Counted from the first letter of the stretch, positions 36,752 through 51,629 are shown. The stretch: 64,000 nt of DNA from Lytechinus pictus (GCF_037042905.1 NC_087246.1:4652001-4716000), one strand, 5' to 3'. Notes: generated by a model from the sequence alone, not told the origin. A program made the numbers and translations.

Positions 36752-38892
36752 TACATATATTGACCTGCCACACAGTCTGAATGGGTCAATTTACAAATTT
36801 GATATTTGATTTGCAATATCATTTCAAAGCAAATGATCAAAGACGTAATTACAGTATGCAGAAGCTGTTTAAATTGTATCAAAACATAAATATCTTGCAA
36901 GGTAATATTTTATGAAAAGACGGAAGGTAATTATAGACAGAGAGAGGATGATGGAATATGGAATAAGTAAATTAAAGATTAAAAAGTAATAAAAAGAAGG
37001 AGATGTGCTGCAAAACATGTCGAAGTTGGTATTGGGTTTAAAATGCTTGAAAGTACTGATTATGTCAAAGTGATGTTTTATTTTTTTTCAATGCATATCT
37101 GTTTGTTTATTTTCTGTTCTAAATATAAAATACATGTACAGTATAAGAGTTTTTTTTTTTGGTCAGATTCGCTGTTCTACCTATTGTGTTTATGATCATG
37201 ACTGATAGTATACATGTGAAATAATATTCCCATGTTTCTTTGTACAAAACTTAGTGAGGCAAAGGTGTGCAACAAGTCAAAGGGCAATTCAGCCTTAGTA
37301 ATAATATGAATTTGATTTTTAAAAAGCAAAATTATGCAAAAAAGTAAATGTTGCAAGTTTAATCTAAGATATCAGAAATGAAACCTTAAAGTGTTGGTTA
37401 TTTAACAAAGAAAAGATACAAGATTGGGATTATGTAATATGAAATTATTATTTCATTTTTCTTATAGTATATTGTGTTAAGTGGTCATGGAACACTATTT
37501 TTTGTGAGTATTTGAACTGTACTTGTAAATTACCTTTTGGGCCTACACTTCTGTATTATGTCTGATATTGTTGAATGGCATTTCAGGAGGCTAATATTGA
37601 AGTGATTAGTACTAGTATTAGTATTAGTAATGTGTTTAATTATATTAACACTATTCTTAAAATATTTTGGATACATTTTATTCTGCTTGAATACACACAA
37701 TATAAATAACTCAATGTCCAACAATTATTGTAATGTTTCCTTTACAGTGATTTCACATAATGTTAATATATATTTGTGTATATTTGTACTTTCTTATGTA
37801 TATTAGAGCTTGTATATTTTTCATTTCAGCATTTTAGTTTGTATGATCTTGCCATGTTGCATTGGCTGTTCACCTGAAATCATGAGATTTTTTTTTAGAA
37901 TCATTGATGAACTGTCTCGTTTCAAAAGGAAAAAAGAAAGAAAATGAAATAAAGCAAGTGATTAGCAACTCAATTGATTTGTGAATGTGTCAGTGTTGTG
38001 CCTATCATATAATGCTCATGTAGGCTTTCTTCCAGTGAATAGTAAGGATCATGAAGGTCAAGTGAAATCTGTGGTTATATACAGCAAGAAAAGAAAAGTT
38101 ACACATTGAGAGATGAAAAGGGATGACAATTTTTGAAGAAAAATGGCGTTTGATATATTTCTACCAAGTAAATCTGTTAGGTTACAGTATCTCATAATGA
38201 GACATGAGTAATGAACAGATTTGTTTGGTTGTAATTTTTAAACACCATTCTTTTCCCCATCCTTTGAAATTTCTGGATATAATTTTTCCTTTTAGCTTTC
38301 TGATACACAGTCGCAGTAAAATTATAAGGTAACTGCCCAAGTCAACCTTCCATTTTAAGTCAAATAATCGCCTAAGTTGAAGCACTTTTTAGACTAGATT
38401 ATTCAGAACATATACGTCTTTTATGTCAAAGTTTGCTTACTTGTAAGTTGAGATTTCTCTGGTCCCAAGAGATTTTACTAAGGCAGAGTTACCTGTATTT
38501 GTAAGATGTCTTCAAATTGCATAAAGGGTACTAGTCATCAAATCTAAAATGATCATGGACAATCAAGGGATAAAAAAGAAGATTCAGTGAATGTTAGATG
38601 ATACTCTAGTATAGTTCACCTTCTTGAACTTTGGCCAAAGCTTTAGACAGGTTTTCTTGTTTTAATCCCTCGGTATGTGGGGAAAAAACACTTGAAGTAT
38701 TATGTTATATATGTACTTATTTATTGTCATGTTTTTTTTTTTCATTTTGTATTTTTATGTGTATTTATTTGCCTTTTTTTTGGGGGGGGGGTGTCAAACA
38801 TGTAATATCTTAGGAAGCTGTATTAAATCATAATGAAATACACCATGTTAACATCTATAGATATTAACAAAGTTAAGATTTCCTACAATGAA

Positions 38893-39880
38893 AGGACAAG
38901 CCGACCCCAACAAAAAGTAGGATGAATAAAGATATAAAAATCCCCCGGGGGGGGCCACTTCCATTGACGAGTGGATACCATGCGCGACCAAGGGGTCTCG
39001 AAAAGCACCCTAAACACGTATTTTCCATATTCTGAAAATGCACCCCTTAACAAGTATTGGCGTCTGAAACCATACCCTTAACAAGTATTGGAAACAAAAC
39101 GACACTCTTGGCAAGTATTCCCTGAAATGAACCCCTAAACAAGTAGAGCGATATTTTATTGTTAAACGGTCCGTCGGTCGTCGGTTTTACCTTGACAATT
39201 TACACACCATTTGGTTTAGTACGGCCCCAGCTTCCACACCTCGCGCAAATCGGACTCTAAACACGTAGTGTTGGGGCAAAAAGGACATCCTTTATAAAAC
39301 ATTTTAATTTTGTTTTATCATCCCCGCAAAGTTAACCCTAAACACGTAGCTTTCCTAGCGAAATAGATACCCCTTTTTCATTATTTTTGTGTTTTTGACA
39401 CCCTTATCACGTTACGTACGTAACGTGCCCTATCTTGAAAAAGACATCCTTTTTACGTGTTTTTTTTTGGTCGCGCATGGTATCCACTCGTCAATGTAAA
39501 TACTGAAAATATTAAAATCAAATGTAAAATAAAGAAAGTTATGGCATTTTTAATTTTCACTTAATTTTAAGAAATATGAACATCCTAATCATGCAAATGA
39601 AGGACTGATGACGTCACCCACTCACTTTTTGTTGTGTATTTCATACATGAAATATTCAAATTTTCTCCTTAATTGTCCTGTGAAACCAACTCCCTGAACA
39701 TGTGGTATTACCATTGTTTTAACAAATCATAGTTCAGTCTAATTGGTCCTTAATGTCAAATCTGTAAAAATTGAAATATTTCATAATTCAAACATTAAAA
39801 AAAAGAAATAGTGAGTGAAGGACATCATTGACCTCTCTCTTTTGCATGTCACCGAGTATATAGTGCATATTATGTGCATA
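38893..39880. mobile_element. Kolobok-like MITE (truncated) containing a CCCGGG-MITE copy at 38944-39497
   Basis: Homology to 852-1417 on both sides of a close copy of 27935-28495. Confidence 0.75.
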
Positions 39881-40050
39881 CATTTCTGCCTGCTCGATGC
39901 CCCCGGCCCCGCCGCCGCCTCCAGTGCCCTTGTAAGCAGATCAATGATCGGCAATCAATTAGACACAACGTTTGTAGTTTGCAATGAAATTTCAAAATAT
40001 CTGTTATTAAAAAATACCAAAATATTTTTTTTTCATCGCTCAATGTATAC

Positions 40051-41190
40051 CAGGCGCGAATCCAGGATTTTGCTAATTTGGGCGCCCCTGTGAACTTTTC
40101 GTAAAAATCGTGCCCTCCCCCCCCCCCCGCCAGACAATCATAGGTGCCTTAAATGCATGTTGAATTATCTTATTTCATAATCAAGTGAAAAAAGGCAATG
40201 GAAGGCCACTTTTTTAATGTGTTTATAAAAAAATATCCACGAATATGTTGTAATACCACTTCATGAAAAGAATATTTATGCGACCAACATAGAATTTTAA
40301 GAACTTTCGGGTTTCAATTTAGTTTAACTTCTCATCAGAGTGGTAGACCCTACTAAAATTTTGTGTGCAGGAGCTGTTATTTCTTTACCATGGGCGTTTT
40401 CAGCTTTTGTCAATAGGAGGGGGGTATTTTCATTTATATGTTTCCTGATCGGACATTCTAAGAACTTTTGCAACCGTGAACATCATGGGTATATCTAAAC
40501 AATATCGATGCGAGCTCGAAACGCGAGTTGACAATTTTTGATATTCTGTGACCTCAAATTTGGAAAATCCATACGTACTTTAATTTGGTAATCAAAAATA
40601 GGATGGGTATATATATCTCAACATTTTATGCAAGCGCGAAGCGCGAGCTGACAATTTTTTTTAATTTCCGACCCAAACCGGGACATTCCAAACACATTTT
40701 TGTAACCGTGAACAGAATAGGTTTCTATCTAAATAATTGATGTGAGCGCGAAGCGCGAGCTGAAATATTTTGATATTCTGACCTGAAATTTTGACATTCT
40801 AAGCACTATTGGTAATCATGAACAGGATGGATATTTAAATAATCGTTTGAAAATTTTGATATTCCGACCCAAAGTTGGACATTCTATAAGCACTTTATCT
40901 AATCATGAACAGCATCGTCACCTTAACCATCTCAACAATTTATGTGAGCACGAAGTACGAGCTGACATTTTTTTTAATTTACGGCCCCAAACTGGACATT
41001 CTAAGCATATTTTGTAACCATAAACTGGATGGGTAGGCCCTATCTATTTAAACAATTGTGCGAGCGCGAAGCGTGAGCTGGAAAAAAAATCGATATTCTG
41101 ACCTAAAATTTGACATTCTCAGCACTTTTGGTAACCATGAACAGGATGGTAATCTAACTTAGCAATTGATGCGAGCGCGAAACGCGAGCT
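40051..41190 (-). repeat. MITE-derived region with about seven ~105-bp degenerate units
   Basis: Recurring GCGAGCGCGAAGCGCGAGCTG, the reverse complement of the motif in 42675-44052. Confidence 0.65.
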
Positions 41191-42674
41191 TAAAAAGCAA
41201 AATAATAATAGGTCCGGAATATAGGCTTCGATTACTATGAGGAATATGCAAAGTGACACTTGAAATAATCGTTTGCACGCTAAGAAAAAGGTTCAATTTT
41301 GTTATATCGGGAGGAGAGACCTGCGGGTCATAGTGATTCAGTTCGCTTTTCGCCTCCCAGGCACAGGTGACGCCAAACAAATAATAATAATAATAATAAC
41401 GCTATACTGGAAGCCCTTTGTGATGACGTAACTATTCGCTTTCAGAAGTTTTTTTCACATGTTGATGGGTACAAATAACTACATTTTTTACATCACACGA
41501 GTGTATACAATGCATCCTATTGAATGTAAATTTCTGGACCCCAAGCTATAAACTATACAAATTTGCCCCATCTAGAGAGCAAATAGTACAAAAGGCGGGT
41601 GCACTTCTTCACCTTGTTTATGCGGAGTGCACGGAAAAAATATATTAAGACATTTTATGTTGTATGATTTCCTAACGTGTGTATACCCATAGTAAGGATG
41701 GTATAAACATAAAGATATTAGTTTCTCACTCATTCGTGAAGTATATGCATATCAAACTTGCAACAAATGAAAAGGACTTTTTGAAGCTGTAACAAATTAA
41801 TGAGGTATCCGTCACTCAGTTATAGTTGTGATGATTAATCAAGGATAATTCTCGGTTTCGTTTGTTCTTTTCTTTGACCTACTGTAGTAGTCTTTATACC
41901 ATGCTCTCGATCGTTAGTATCCAGTGTAGTAGTCTTTAACATGCTCTCGATCCTTAGCATCCAGGAAATCATTGACCTAGCATAGGTCCATGACGGAACT
42001 TGTACACTCCTTAATTGCAATAGATAATGATAATAAAAAACATACTTGAAATGTTGGCAGTAACTATTAGATTTGCTTATGTATCGTCATCACTGGCGTG
42101 AATCTGATCCAAGCAGTGGGGGATGAATGACCTGAAAATTAAAAATTTGGGGGACACCCTTACACCTATAAGTTTATGTATACGGAGATGTTCCGTGCAC
42201 ATAATCCTTTTATCTTTCAGTTAAAGGCCTCTAATGATTTTTTTTCAATGGCTATAATAATGAATTTATTGTGTTATACACTACTGAACTACAGTTAATA
42301 TCTAAATGCGAGCGAACGAAGCAGTTGGAAGACATATGATGACCAAAGTCGTCTTTCATGAGGTGTGATTATTGGATATCGTGGCGAATGAGCAGAGCGA
42401 GTAATTTTTTAGTAGGTGGAAGAAAGAATGTTGCCCCAAAACCTCTTTCAAGTGGTGTGTAATTATCACATCACGGGCTGTATTATGTACAGGGTAACTG
42501 TGAGCATAATTCTACCATCTTTCACTTTAAGGACTATCACAATGATGGTTATATTGTAATGGATTTGTTGTCACGCAAACTAATGGATTACAGCTAGTGT
42601 CCAAATGCGAGCGAGCAAATTTTCCATAGTTTGAAGAAACAGAAACAGAATGATTATCAAATTGTCTTTCAAGG

Positions 42675-44052
42675 CAGTGGCGTAGCTACGGGGGGGCCTG
42701 GGGGGGCACGTGCCCCCCCTGAGATTTGGTGTGCCCCCCCAAGTGCCCCCCCTGAAAAAAATTGGCAGAGCAAAAAAAAAAGGAGAAAGAAGAAAAAAAA
42801 AGGAAAAGAAGAAGAAAGACAGAAGAAAAAAAGAAGAGGAAAATAAGAGGAGGAAGACGAGTGAATGAAATAATGTGAAGGGAAGACTTGCAAAAAAAAA
42901 AAAATCTTTCATGTTCCTATATAAAACTTTTGCTTGCGCTTCGCGCCAGAATTGCCTGTTCGATGAAATTCATATCTTGCTCAATAGGCTGATATGGAGC
43001 AAGTTTTGAAGTCAAAATACAAAATATATTTTAGCTCGGACATCGAGCTCTCATCATTTTTTTTTCATTAACAAATTTAAGTGTTCTAGCTGTAAAATGT
43101 CCCTTTTATAGTCTACATATCAGCATTTTTAAGCTCACGCTGCGTGGTCCAATTGTTTGATTTGCCAAGTTCCTATTGTCTACGTGTATTTCATAATGTT
43201 CCATTAAACAAATGTATTCAGACTGTCCAGATTCTAGGTCTAAATCTAAAACATGCGCGATAGCCTGCATGTTCTTTATATTAAATGTACTTAAATTATC
43301 CAGTTTCACATCAGAATATCAATAATTGTCTGCTCACGCTTCACGATCGCATTATTAATGATACCCAATTAACTATATCATATTTATGATTTACAAAATA
43401 TGAATAGAGTGTCCCGCTTTTAGGTCTAAAATCTCAATTTTCTTCCTCTCGCGCTTCGCGCTCGCATCAATTGTTTAGTTACATACCTATCCCATTTATT
43501 AATACAAAAAGTGCTTAGAATGACAATTTTTTAGGTCGGAATGTCAAAAAAAATTTGCTCGCGCTTCGCGCTCGCATTATTGAAATATATACCGTCTTCG
43601 TGGGTAACTGTAAGCAGTCCTTAACAGGTCCCTTTTCGATAATGCTACAGTTAATAAAAATTTCTGCTCGCGATTGGCCTTCGCAGTAACCATCTAGTTA
43701 CATACGAATCTTGTTCAGGATCACACATAACATTGCACAGAATATTACATTTTCAGGACAAAATACATGAAAGTAAAAAATAAAAAAAAAATCGCTCGCG
43801 CTTCGCGCTCGCACTTTTTATAAGGCTTATGAGATTATTTCATGTTTATGTTGTTCTATAAGAATAAAACTAAGAAGTGACTGATCGGGGGAAATATAGG
43901 TGAAGATAATTTCGGGCCCCATCCCCTATTGGCGAAAGTCGGATCCGCCCTTGTGACACATACACACACAACGGAAAAAATGGTGCCCCCCCCTGAAAAA
44001 GCAAGGACCCCCCCAGTGCCCCCCAAGGAAAAAAATCCTAGCTACGCCACTG
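42675..44052. mobile_element. hAT-like MITE
   Basis: TIR CAGTGGCGTAGCTA / TAGCTACGCCACTG; 8-bp TSD TTTCAAGG (42667-42674, 44053-44060). Confidence 0.9.
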
Positions 44053-45289
44053 TTTCAAGGGAGTGTAATTATGGGAGAAATTGCAGGTATAAAGGGTATA
44101 TATCAATAACGTAAATTTTATAAGGATATGACCAAGAAATATATAAAAAGAGCTAATAGGGATTTGAATAGTCGAGTTTTGTTCAATGAAATCTCATTTG
44201 GTCATGCAAAATCAGGCACTTTGACTGTATTTAAAGATGAATCCACACATTAACAGTAGTATTAACAATTTGATTATATTTTTTTATCTTGAAAAGTGTC
44301 TGGGGATGATTGTACTTGCCGGCCACCTCTCCGAAAAGTGGGGGATGTATCCCCACCCCCCCCCCGGATTTATCGATCTTTATGAAAAGTCAGGTGCAAA
44401 CTATACAGAAAGGGTTTGCCCCCCCCCCCCGCCCCTATAACTGCGCTATATTAATGGGTGATTTTCAAGTACAGAAATCTGGTCTGACAACACCAACACA
44501 ACGTTCACCAATATACCGTTCCTGAAATCCAGGGTCAATATGCTATAGTTTCTGAAATATTGTTCTGGTGTTCCCTCAGAAACAAAATTATTTTTTCGGA
44601 GGGTGTGTCATGCTTCCCTTCCATGCCTAATTCATTGACAGCTGATTTGAATGTTTCGTTTTATGTTCAAAATTATCCTTTCAAACCTAACCAACTAGAT
44701 TGCTCGCTCGAATACAGATAATTGAAATTGATTTTGTGCCCGGGATGATGGACCCATGCACTGACGCCCTATCCATGTGTGCAATGAAATTGTCACCACT
44801 GAATGGCTTCAGACAATTTTCTTCTCAAAGCAGGGGCGCCGCGTCATAGGATATCTTGCGTGTGAGTATGGGGGGGGGGGGTGGTTAGATGATTTAGAGT
44901 CATAACATCATATCTTTTAAAAAATTCATGTTGTATAATTTTCAAGACCATGCATGTTCAGAATCTGTAAAAATTGAAATATATTGTATAATTCAAATAG
45001 TAAAAAACAAATGAGAGCTCGAATAACGAGCAAAATGTGCATATCGACTTGAAACGTATGGGATATATTCAGCCCATATGTTACTCATAGCAGATATTTC
45101 CACGAAAAGGCATATCGAGAGACACGAAGCGAAATGTTGTACCGTACACGGTATTTTTCTATTTTCCAATCCTCTCTGCTTTTAGTTCATTATAAATCTA
45201 AGTTCCTCCTCTTTTCTTCTTAATCTATTTTTCTCCTCTACTTCCATTTTTTCAGTGCCGCTTATGGGTGGGTGGGGGGGGGGGGGGGT

Positions 45290-45527
45290 AGCTCGGGCCC
45301 GTGCCCGGTGAGGATAGGCTGCGTCGCCCCCACCCACCATACGTCGCCTAGTGACGTACAACAATCGATCGGCGACGAGCACGTACGTATACCGTACCCC
45401 CTCGAGCGTCGCGCGCGATAGCGATATGATGCATAGGCTGCGCTTAATTGTGAATTCATCAATCAATCAGAGCTAGAGGTTGTGGAAGTCGTGTTACGTT
45501 AAAAGGAACTGGTTGAGAATTGTAAAG
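45290..45527 (+). promoter_or_regulatory. CpG-rich putative promoter and non-coding exon 1 of the FAM216-like gene
   Basis: Dense CpG cluster 45290-45445; donor AAG|GTAGG at 45527/45528. Confidence 0.55.
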
Positions 45528-46077
45528 GTAGGAATTGTGTTTTTCAAATTTCCATAACAAATCAGAACCTTAACTTATCGGCATGCCAACTTATCGTTAC
45601 GGTACTAAGTTGATAAATTGTTGTCATGGTTGTTGTTGATAAATCCGAATTATTATAGCGCGATTCGCTCAGCGACAGCATAATTTAGCCAGCCACTGAC
45701 TGACTGAGCCAGAGTCCTGGGGCCGACCCGTCGTGTTTTCCGATGCCTGGCCTGGTATGGTGTCTGGTGAAGTGGCGGAATTCAGAAAGAAAACAACGTT
45801 GGGCTGGCTGAAAGGCTGAAAGTAAGAAAGAAAGAAAGAAATCATCTTAGTGTTGAGCTGCAGACGAACAGGCTTTGACTCTAACGTTAGGCCTAACTTA
45901 GACAGCTGGCAGCTAGCCGTCTGTTTCGAGGAGTTTTTCAACATTTTTTTATTTTTTTAATTTCTCCTCATATGTATTTGGTGAGTGGAGCCAACGTAGT
46001 TCAGCGGAACAACCAACATAACAGAGACCGAAGCTTTTGGTCTAGGCCTAACTAGGCCTTACTTAGTCTTACTCTTA

Positions 46078-46198
46078 CTCTTAGCTAGCGCTATTCCAGG
46101 GCACCGTTGCATAAAAGTTAAACTTTTGCCATAAAAAACTCTGGCAAAAAATTTGCCCAAGCTTTTTATGGCAAAAAAAGTTTTATGCAACGGGCCCC
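46078..46198. mobile_element. Small palindromic Harbinger-like MITE
   Basis: GGGCACCGTTGCATAAAA ... TTTTATGCAACGGGCCCC. Confidence 0.6.
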
Positions 46199-46990
46199 AT
46201 GCAGATTGGACCTTGGTGTTTGGAAGTTCCCTTTCCCAAAGCTAACATAAAGGGCACATGTCTCCCAGTCTCTAATCAACGCCAATCCACTCATCTTCCC
46301 TTGGTGGGAAGGGAAGAGGATGTCTCATTGCTCTTATTCTTAATCTTAGTAGGAGCCTACTGATGCCATGTACAAAAAACAAGGCAAAATTTAAGAAAGC
46401 GTCCTACTCCTAACAGACCTAAGGATGAAATTCAGCACTAATTGTAAATCCTGGTGTGAATGACGAATCATCTAAAAATGAAATTGGTTCAACTGAACCA
46501 GCTGGAAATCAAGATGATGGTCCAAGGGTCAGGAAACCTGTGGGAAACCAAGATGAAAATTTCATGATGTCAGCTCCGGTGATACTGACACTGATGATCA
46601 GGAAAATGAACAATGATGTATTCCATGAACCAGAGGGATGGGTAATCATGGAAATTTTGAGCTACATGTAAAGGGCCTATTGTGATACACAAATGCAGGC
46701 TCTTTACCCAACAATAATTTGACTTTTTTCACTGTTACTTCATTATAATTATTTGCTGGATATCTTGTTTTTGAGTGACTCAGAAATAATGAAAATACAT
46801 GTATCTATGGCTGTATGCCTTGGGTGGAAATTATCTAACTTTTTTTTTACTAAATTGATAATTTTATAATTTATTTTTTTAACATTTCAGATGATCATCA
46901 TGAAGGAATAATACATTTTCTCTTACAATAGTGATCTTTGCTACCAGCAGTTTATGGTTCACAGTAAAACTGTAGAAGCAGTAACTCAGT

Positions 46991-47034
46991 ATGCCAGATG
47001 AAGAGAGTGAACAATCTGGACCAGAGAGGGAAAG
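46991..47034 (+). CDS. FAM216-family protein, first coding exon (predicted)
   Basis: ATG MPDEESEQSGPERE|gtatga, phase 2, fits the next exon; acceptor at 46890. Confidence 0.6.
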
Positions 47035-48267
47035 GTATGAAATCATATTATTCAAACCATTTTTTTCTCATAAATTCAGCATATTCTGACAAAAGAAAAA
47101 AATATGAATATCTATTTGATATCAAGGTCCAACATTGAGTAGGTGTAAACTTGAAATCATACATAGTTAATACTTGATCTGATTTGATTAGGCAAGTAAT
47201 CTACATGTGTTGACATTTTTCATTTTTGTGATGTTATTAGAGGTGTATCAGATGTTTGTTTAGGAATGGTTTTGTCAACATACATGCACTGTACATTGGT
47301 GTTGACTATATTGTGCAGCTAATATTGCTTTTAAAGCTGTATGTAGATTAAATCAATTTAATTAATGCTTAGAAAGAAAGTAATTGTTAGAAGCCACACA
47401 CTACATGACTAAATTCAGATGGAATTAAAATTATTTTAAGATAGGAAGGTTCCAGATCCAAAATGGCCTTAATAAGCAGCAGTTGATTGTAATTCTGCTG
47501 TGACATCACTCTAATTCAGATTTTAAAAAAAGTTTTGCAAAGGCCCTATATAGTACGATTTAATTCAAGCATCATCTTTCATAGTATAGTTTGCTATGTT
47601 TGAATATTCTTTTTTTCATTTTTATGAGTACCGTACATAGGAAGGGGTTCATATCTGTTTACTGCTGAGACAAGTACAGCAGACTGTAAACAGGTCTCCC
47701 ATTTCCTAGCACCAATATTAGAAGCCAGTATAAATACAACCTTTTGTGTTTTATGTAAACATTATACTCAGAAGGGATGGCACAAGAGGAATCAATATAA
47801 TGTGTATTGTCTATGACCAGCCAATGTACAAATACCCCATGTTTACCAATGAAAATACAAAATCCATGTCTATAGCAATAGTATAAACTTTAAAAGAGCC
47901 CCCAAATTGATTGGATTCTTTAATGTGTTTATACCGGTCCGATTTGAAAGATAAGTCAACTTGAAAAGTTTGCGATGAATTGCAAGTATGAAAGAACCAC
48001 ACCAATTGGTTACCGGTAAAACAGAGCATACAACAACGATCTTGATTGGTCATTGGTATGAAGCGATTGATTGCAAACCTTTGTGTTACGGAGCCCTGAT
48101 ATTCAAATGTCAAGAAACATATTTTGCACAATCATTAGATATAAAGTGTAGGTGTGTTCCTTGATTTGCAAGGCACCTTCCAAATTCTATAAAATGCATG
48201 ATAGATATGTGCTGATTGTAAAACGAAGTACATTGTACAAAGTAACTATCTGACCTTTCTATTGTAG

Positions 48268-48427
48268 CCCAGCATCGCAAGACCTGCCCCAAGCTGTCAC
48301 CCATCAGAGTACCAGCAGTCAATGTGACCTTCAGATAATGAGTGATACAGACACCAGTAATGCTTCTATCACAGCAGAGTCTGTATCATCTACTGACTAC
48401 AAGCTAAGGAGAAGACCCAAATCAACA
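48268..48427 (+). CDS. FAM216-family exon
   Basis: ag|PASQDLPQ...KLRRRPKST|gtaagt; open frame. Confidence 0.7.
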
Positions 48428-48923
48428 GTAAGTCCATAGTTATATAAAAGACTATTTAAACAATTGTTAAACAGGGATGAGAGTTATTGCAATTTTATTC
48501 TAAGTTTGTTGGAATTAATTGGCTGATGTAGGCATTGGCTTCATTACCTCCCAATGACATGGATGATTTTGGAACTATAATAATATTAGTCACTCCAATA
48601 CTTCATGAAATGCCTTTCAACTTTATCAGATATATATAAAAAAATGATTTGAAATCTTTACATGAACATCCATTTTTTTAGGGGGAGGGGGGGGGGTAAA
48701 TCATGAACACTGAATTCTTCACACTCCCTTGTATACATGTATGAGGAAACAAGTTTCAATAGATTGTATTTATATTTCCAATAAGATTTTGTTTCAAGGT
48801 ATAGTGTGTAACTCCAAACAAGATTGTTGATTTGCAGTTAAAGTGATTGCTAAAATATAGTGTTTTGAAATAAAATACAAATGTTTAATCTACTTATGTC
48901 ATTTTTTCCATTGTTATTTTCAG

Positions 48924-49011
48924 CCAAATCATTTCCGAACTCAGACGGCGCCACCACGTCTTCAAAGACAGAGGAAACCTTCCAAACCTTCTAAATCAAG
49001 ACATCAACAAG
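48924..49011 (+). CDS. FAM216-family exon
   Basis: ag|PNHFRTQTAPPRLQRQRKPSKPSKSRHQQ|gt; phase 0 in, phase 1 out. Confidence 0.7.
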
Positions 49012-49096
49012 GTAGATGATCTGTTTGTCTTTCTGTCTGTCTATATGTTTGTCTCTTTCTCTCTGTCCCTCTCTCTTTACCCTTGTCTCTCCCTTA

Positions 49097-49880
49097 AGGC
49101 CCTGTCATATCTTTCAGTGACTTTCGGGGAACAAAGTTTCCTACCTGCAGGTCCCTGGAGATCACCCTTACTTTACACTTCCCAGAATGTAGTTGCGGCA
49201 TGTACGCACACAAGTTGATTTACCCACAGCCAAACTTGTTACAGGTGAGTTGTGTGTGCTTGTCCGCAGAGGTCTATTCAGAACACCAGTAGAAGTTCCT
49301 TAGCATCTGCAAATCACAGGTAATTAACTTGCTTCAGATACACAGATTGAACATGGATCTCTGGCTATGTCCTGGAAATGTCCTGGAAATATGTGTTATC
49401 TGCAGGCATTCTGTGTGTATATTACTGGTGAACAAATGGCAAGGAACGGTGTTGATACTGCCATTCATGTACCTGGCGACTTCTGCAGGCATGGAGTGAG
49501 CTAATCGCATGTATGTTTAGGGTTATTTTCTGTGTTTCTGCTATTTAGTTGGAGTTGGCTGCAGCCAAAAAATGACGTTGTCTTACAACCTCATTCTTAT
49601 CACCTAGTTTTTCACCTAACTGGCAACTTGCATGGAGATAACATGCAGTTGAGAGGCAGTATGTACATGTAGCCAGTTACTAATATGGTTCAATAGCTCC
49701 CAATTGCCTGACAAGCAGCTTGGAATACATGCAAGTAGATCATAAGAAGCACGCTTCCAGCAGATTAGATGCATGCAAAACTTGCCAAAATCTTGTCTGC
49801 ATGCAGAATTTTGTTGCATGATGATGAAGTCTTGCATGCAACTCGCCCATGCAGCTTGCTTGGAAAGATGTGATAGGCCT
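49097..49880. mobile_element. Harbinger-like MITE
   Basis: AGGCCCTGTCATATCTTTC ... GAAAGATGTGATAGGCCT; flanks TTA and TTC. Confidence 0.6.
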
Positions 49881-50897
49881 TTCCATTCTTTTATGTATTT
49901 TTTTTGTACTTTGTCTGCATAAAGAAAAAAAACTGTAAAGATATTCTTGTGAAAGGAGATGGTAATCACCATGTACGGGCTATCAAACAACTCTATTAAA
50001 GGCCATTTGCTTTATCTTTTTATATTCAGGGATATCCAGCTACAAAAGGATGAAGGAAAGAAAGCTGGTACTGTTAGTAGTAGCATGAATAGCAATGACT
50101 AACACTGTATTGGGAATTTTGAGGGAGAACAATAATAGGGTGTTGACCAGTTGTGCTATTGTATTTTAAGAGGATGAGACTTTCCTTTGTTCACTTGCAT
50201 TTTATTAGACTATAAAAAAAACCTTTAATGGAGGGATTAGCAAATTATATCCCCACTGATATCTGTTTAAAGACTGAAGATGGAGTTAGATTTATTGTAC
50301 ATGATTAGGTCATATATGTAGTTGAAAGAATCTTAACTGATCAGAACATAAAAGTACCAGGGATTTGATAGCCTTGCTATAAGCAGTTAATTAGGATGCA
50401 GCATAGTGTGAGGTAGGCTATTAAAGTTTGTGCAATAATTATGAATGCTTAATTTTTATTTTTCCTGCTTTCTTTTAATAAGACCTGAGTCTGGAATCCT
50501 GCCTTGTAGTGTATGTACATGTATTTCAACATTCTGCAAAATGTATCGGGCTTTAATAAAGTTCATTGCATACATGCTCTACTAAACATATCCACCATTA
50601 CCACTACTATTACTACTACTACTCCTACTCCATCTCCTACTCCTCCCCCTCCTACTCTTCCTCTCCTTACTCCTCCTCCTCCTAAGACCTCTTCCTCCTA
50701 CCCCTTAGGGGTTTACATGTAGGTGTAGGGTTTGTTACAAAAAAGGAAGAGGATGTATGATACTACAGGTGTATACAAGAAAGAACTAATGGATGAAGTG
50801 CCATCATTAAATGAAATTAACTCCTGTTTATGAATATGATGTATTTGATTATGATGACTAACAACATGAAATGATTTGTCTCTCTCTATTCATACAG

Positions 50898-51224
50898 GGA
50901 ATTCAGGAGAGGACATATCAGAAGTCTCATCTGAATCCTCATCTTTAGATCAAGCCTACTCTTACCGCATCACCAGCCAAATCTCTAAGGATGCTCCAGG
51001 CTTCTACGAATACCATCGCCCTTACTCGGTCTATCGGAAACCTCTACGGCGCCCTCTTAGTCTTCCCTCAGCGTTTGATGACAGTGAGAAACTTCACCAC
51101 CCTGGCCTTGATCCCGGACAGAGAGAGTATCTTTGGCACACTGCAAGCGTGTACAGCGTAGGCAATCTCAAACAGCTTCAACAGAGGAGATATAAGCAGT
51201 CTCTAGATCACCAGGTAGAGATAG
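50898..51224 (+). CDS. FAM216A: FAM216-family exon carrying the conserved domain
   Basis: HPGLDPGQREYLWHTASVYSVGNLKQLQQRRYKQSLDHQ resembles the FAM216A/B motif HP.L..GQ..YL..IA.IY....L..L..R.Y...L.H (from memory; A vs B not resolvable). Confidence 0.8.
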
Positions 51225-51629
51225 GTAAGCTGAGAGCCTTATTTCAGATGACATTCATTCACTAAATAAAGTTCTTAGAATGCTAATTCTTGGTGTAAAT
51301 ATTCTTTGCAGCATTCCTAACAATTTAACTTGCAAAAGATGCTGGTAATGAAAACATTTTTTTTTTTTTTTTTCTTATGTATTTTTATGTTTGTTTGTTT
51401 TTTTACACAATTTATCAGCAACATTACTTTAGTAATAAAAAGCATCGGATTAAATAACTGCTGTCAATAAAAGAATGTGTTTCTTATTGCGTATCTGTAC
51501 ACCATTATAATTGGATGACCGAGAGTGCATGTATGATTTCCTAATGCACTAAAGTGTTCTGAAATGTGCAGATACTTTTATGAAGATACCTATCTGATGT
51601 TGTATGATGAGTCTTTGTTTTTTTGGTAG

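Noticed and set aside
45182..45466. Divergent GPN3 first exon
   Set aside because: No GPAGSGKST-type motif seen on the minus strand; the ORFs reflect CpG-rich promoter sequence.
47641..47693. Extra FAM216-like exon
   Set aside because: In-frame TGA when joined to the phase-2 donor at 47034.
50030..50067. Extra 38-nt FAM216-like exon
   Set aside because: Good acceptor but it shifts the frame; not needed for an open model.
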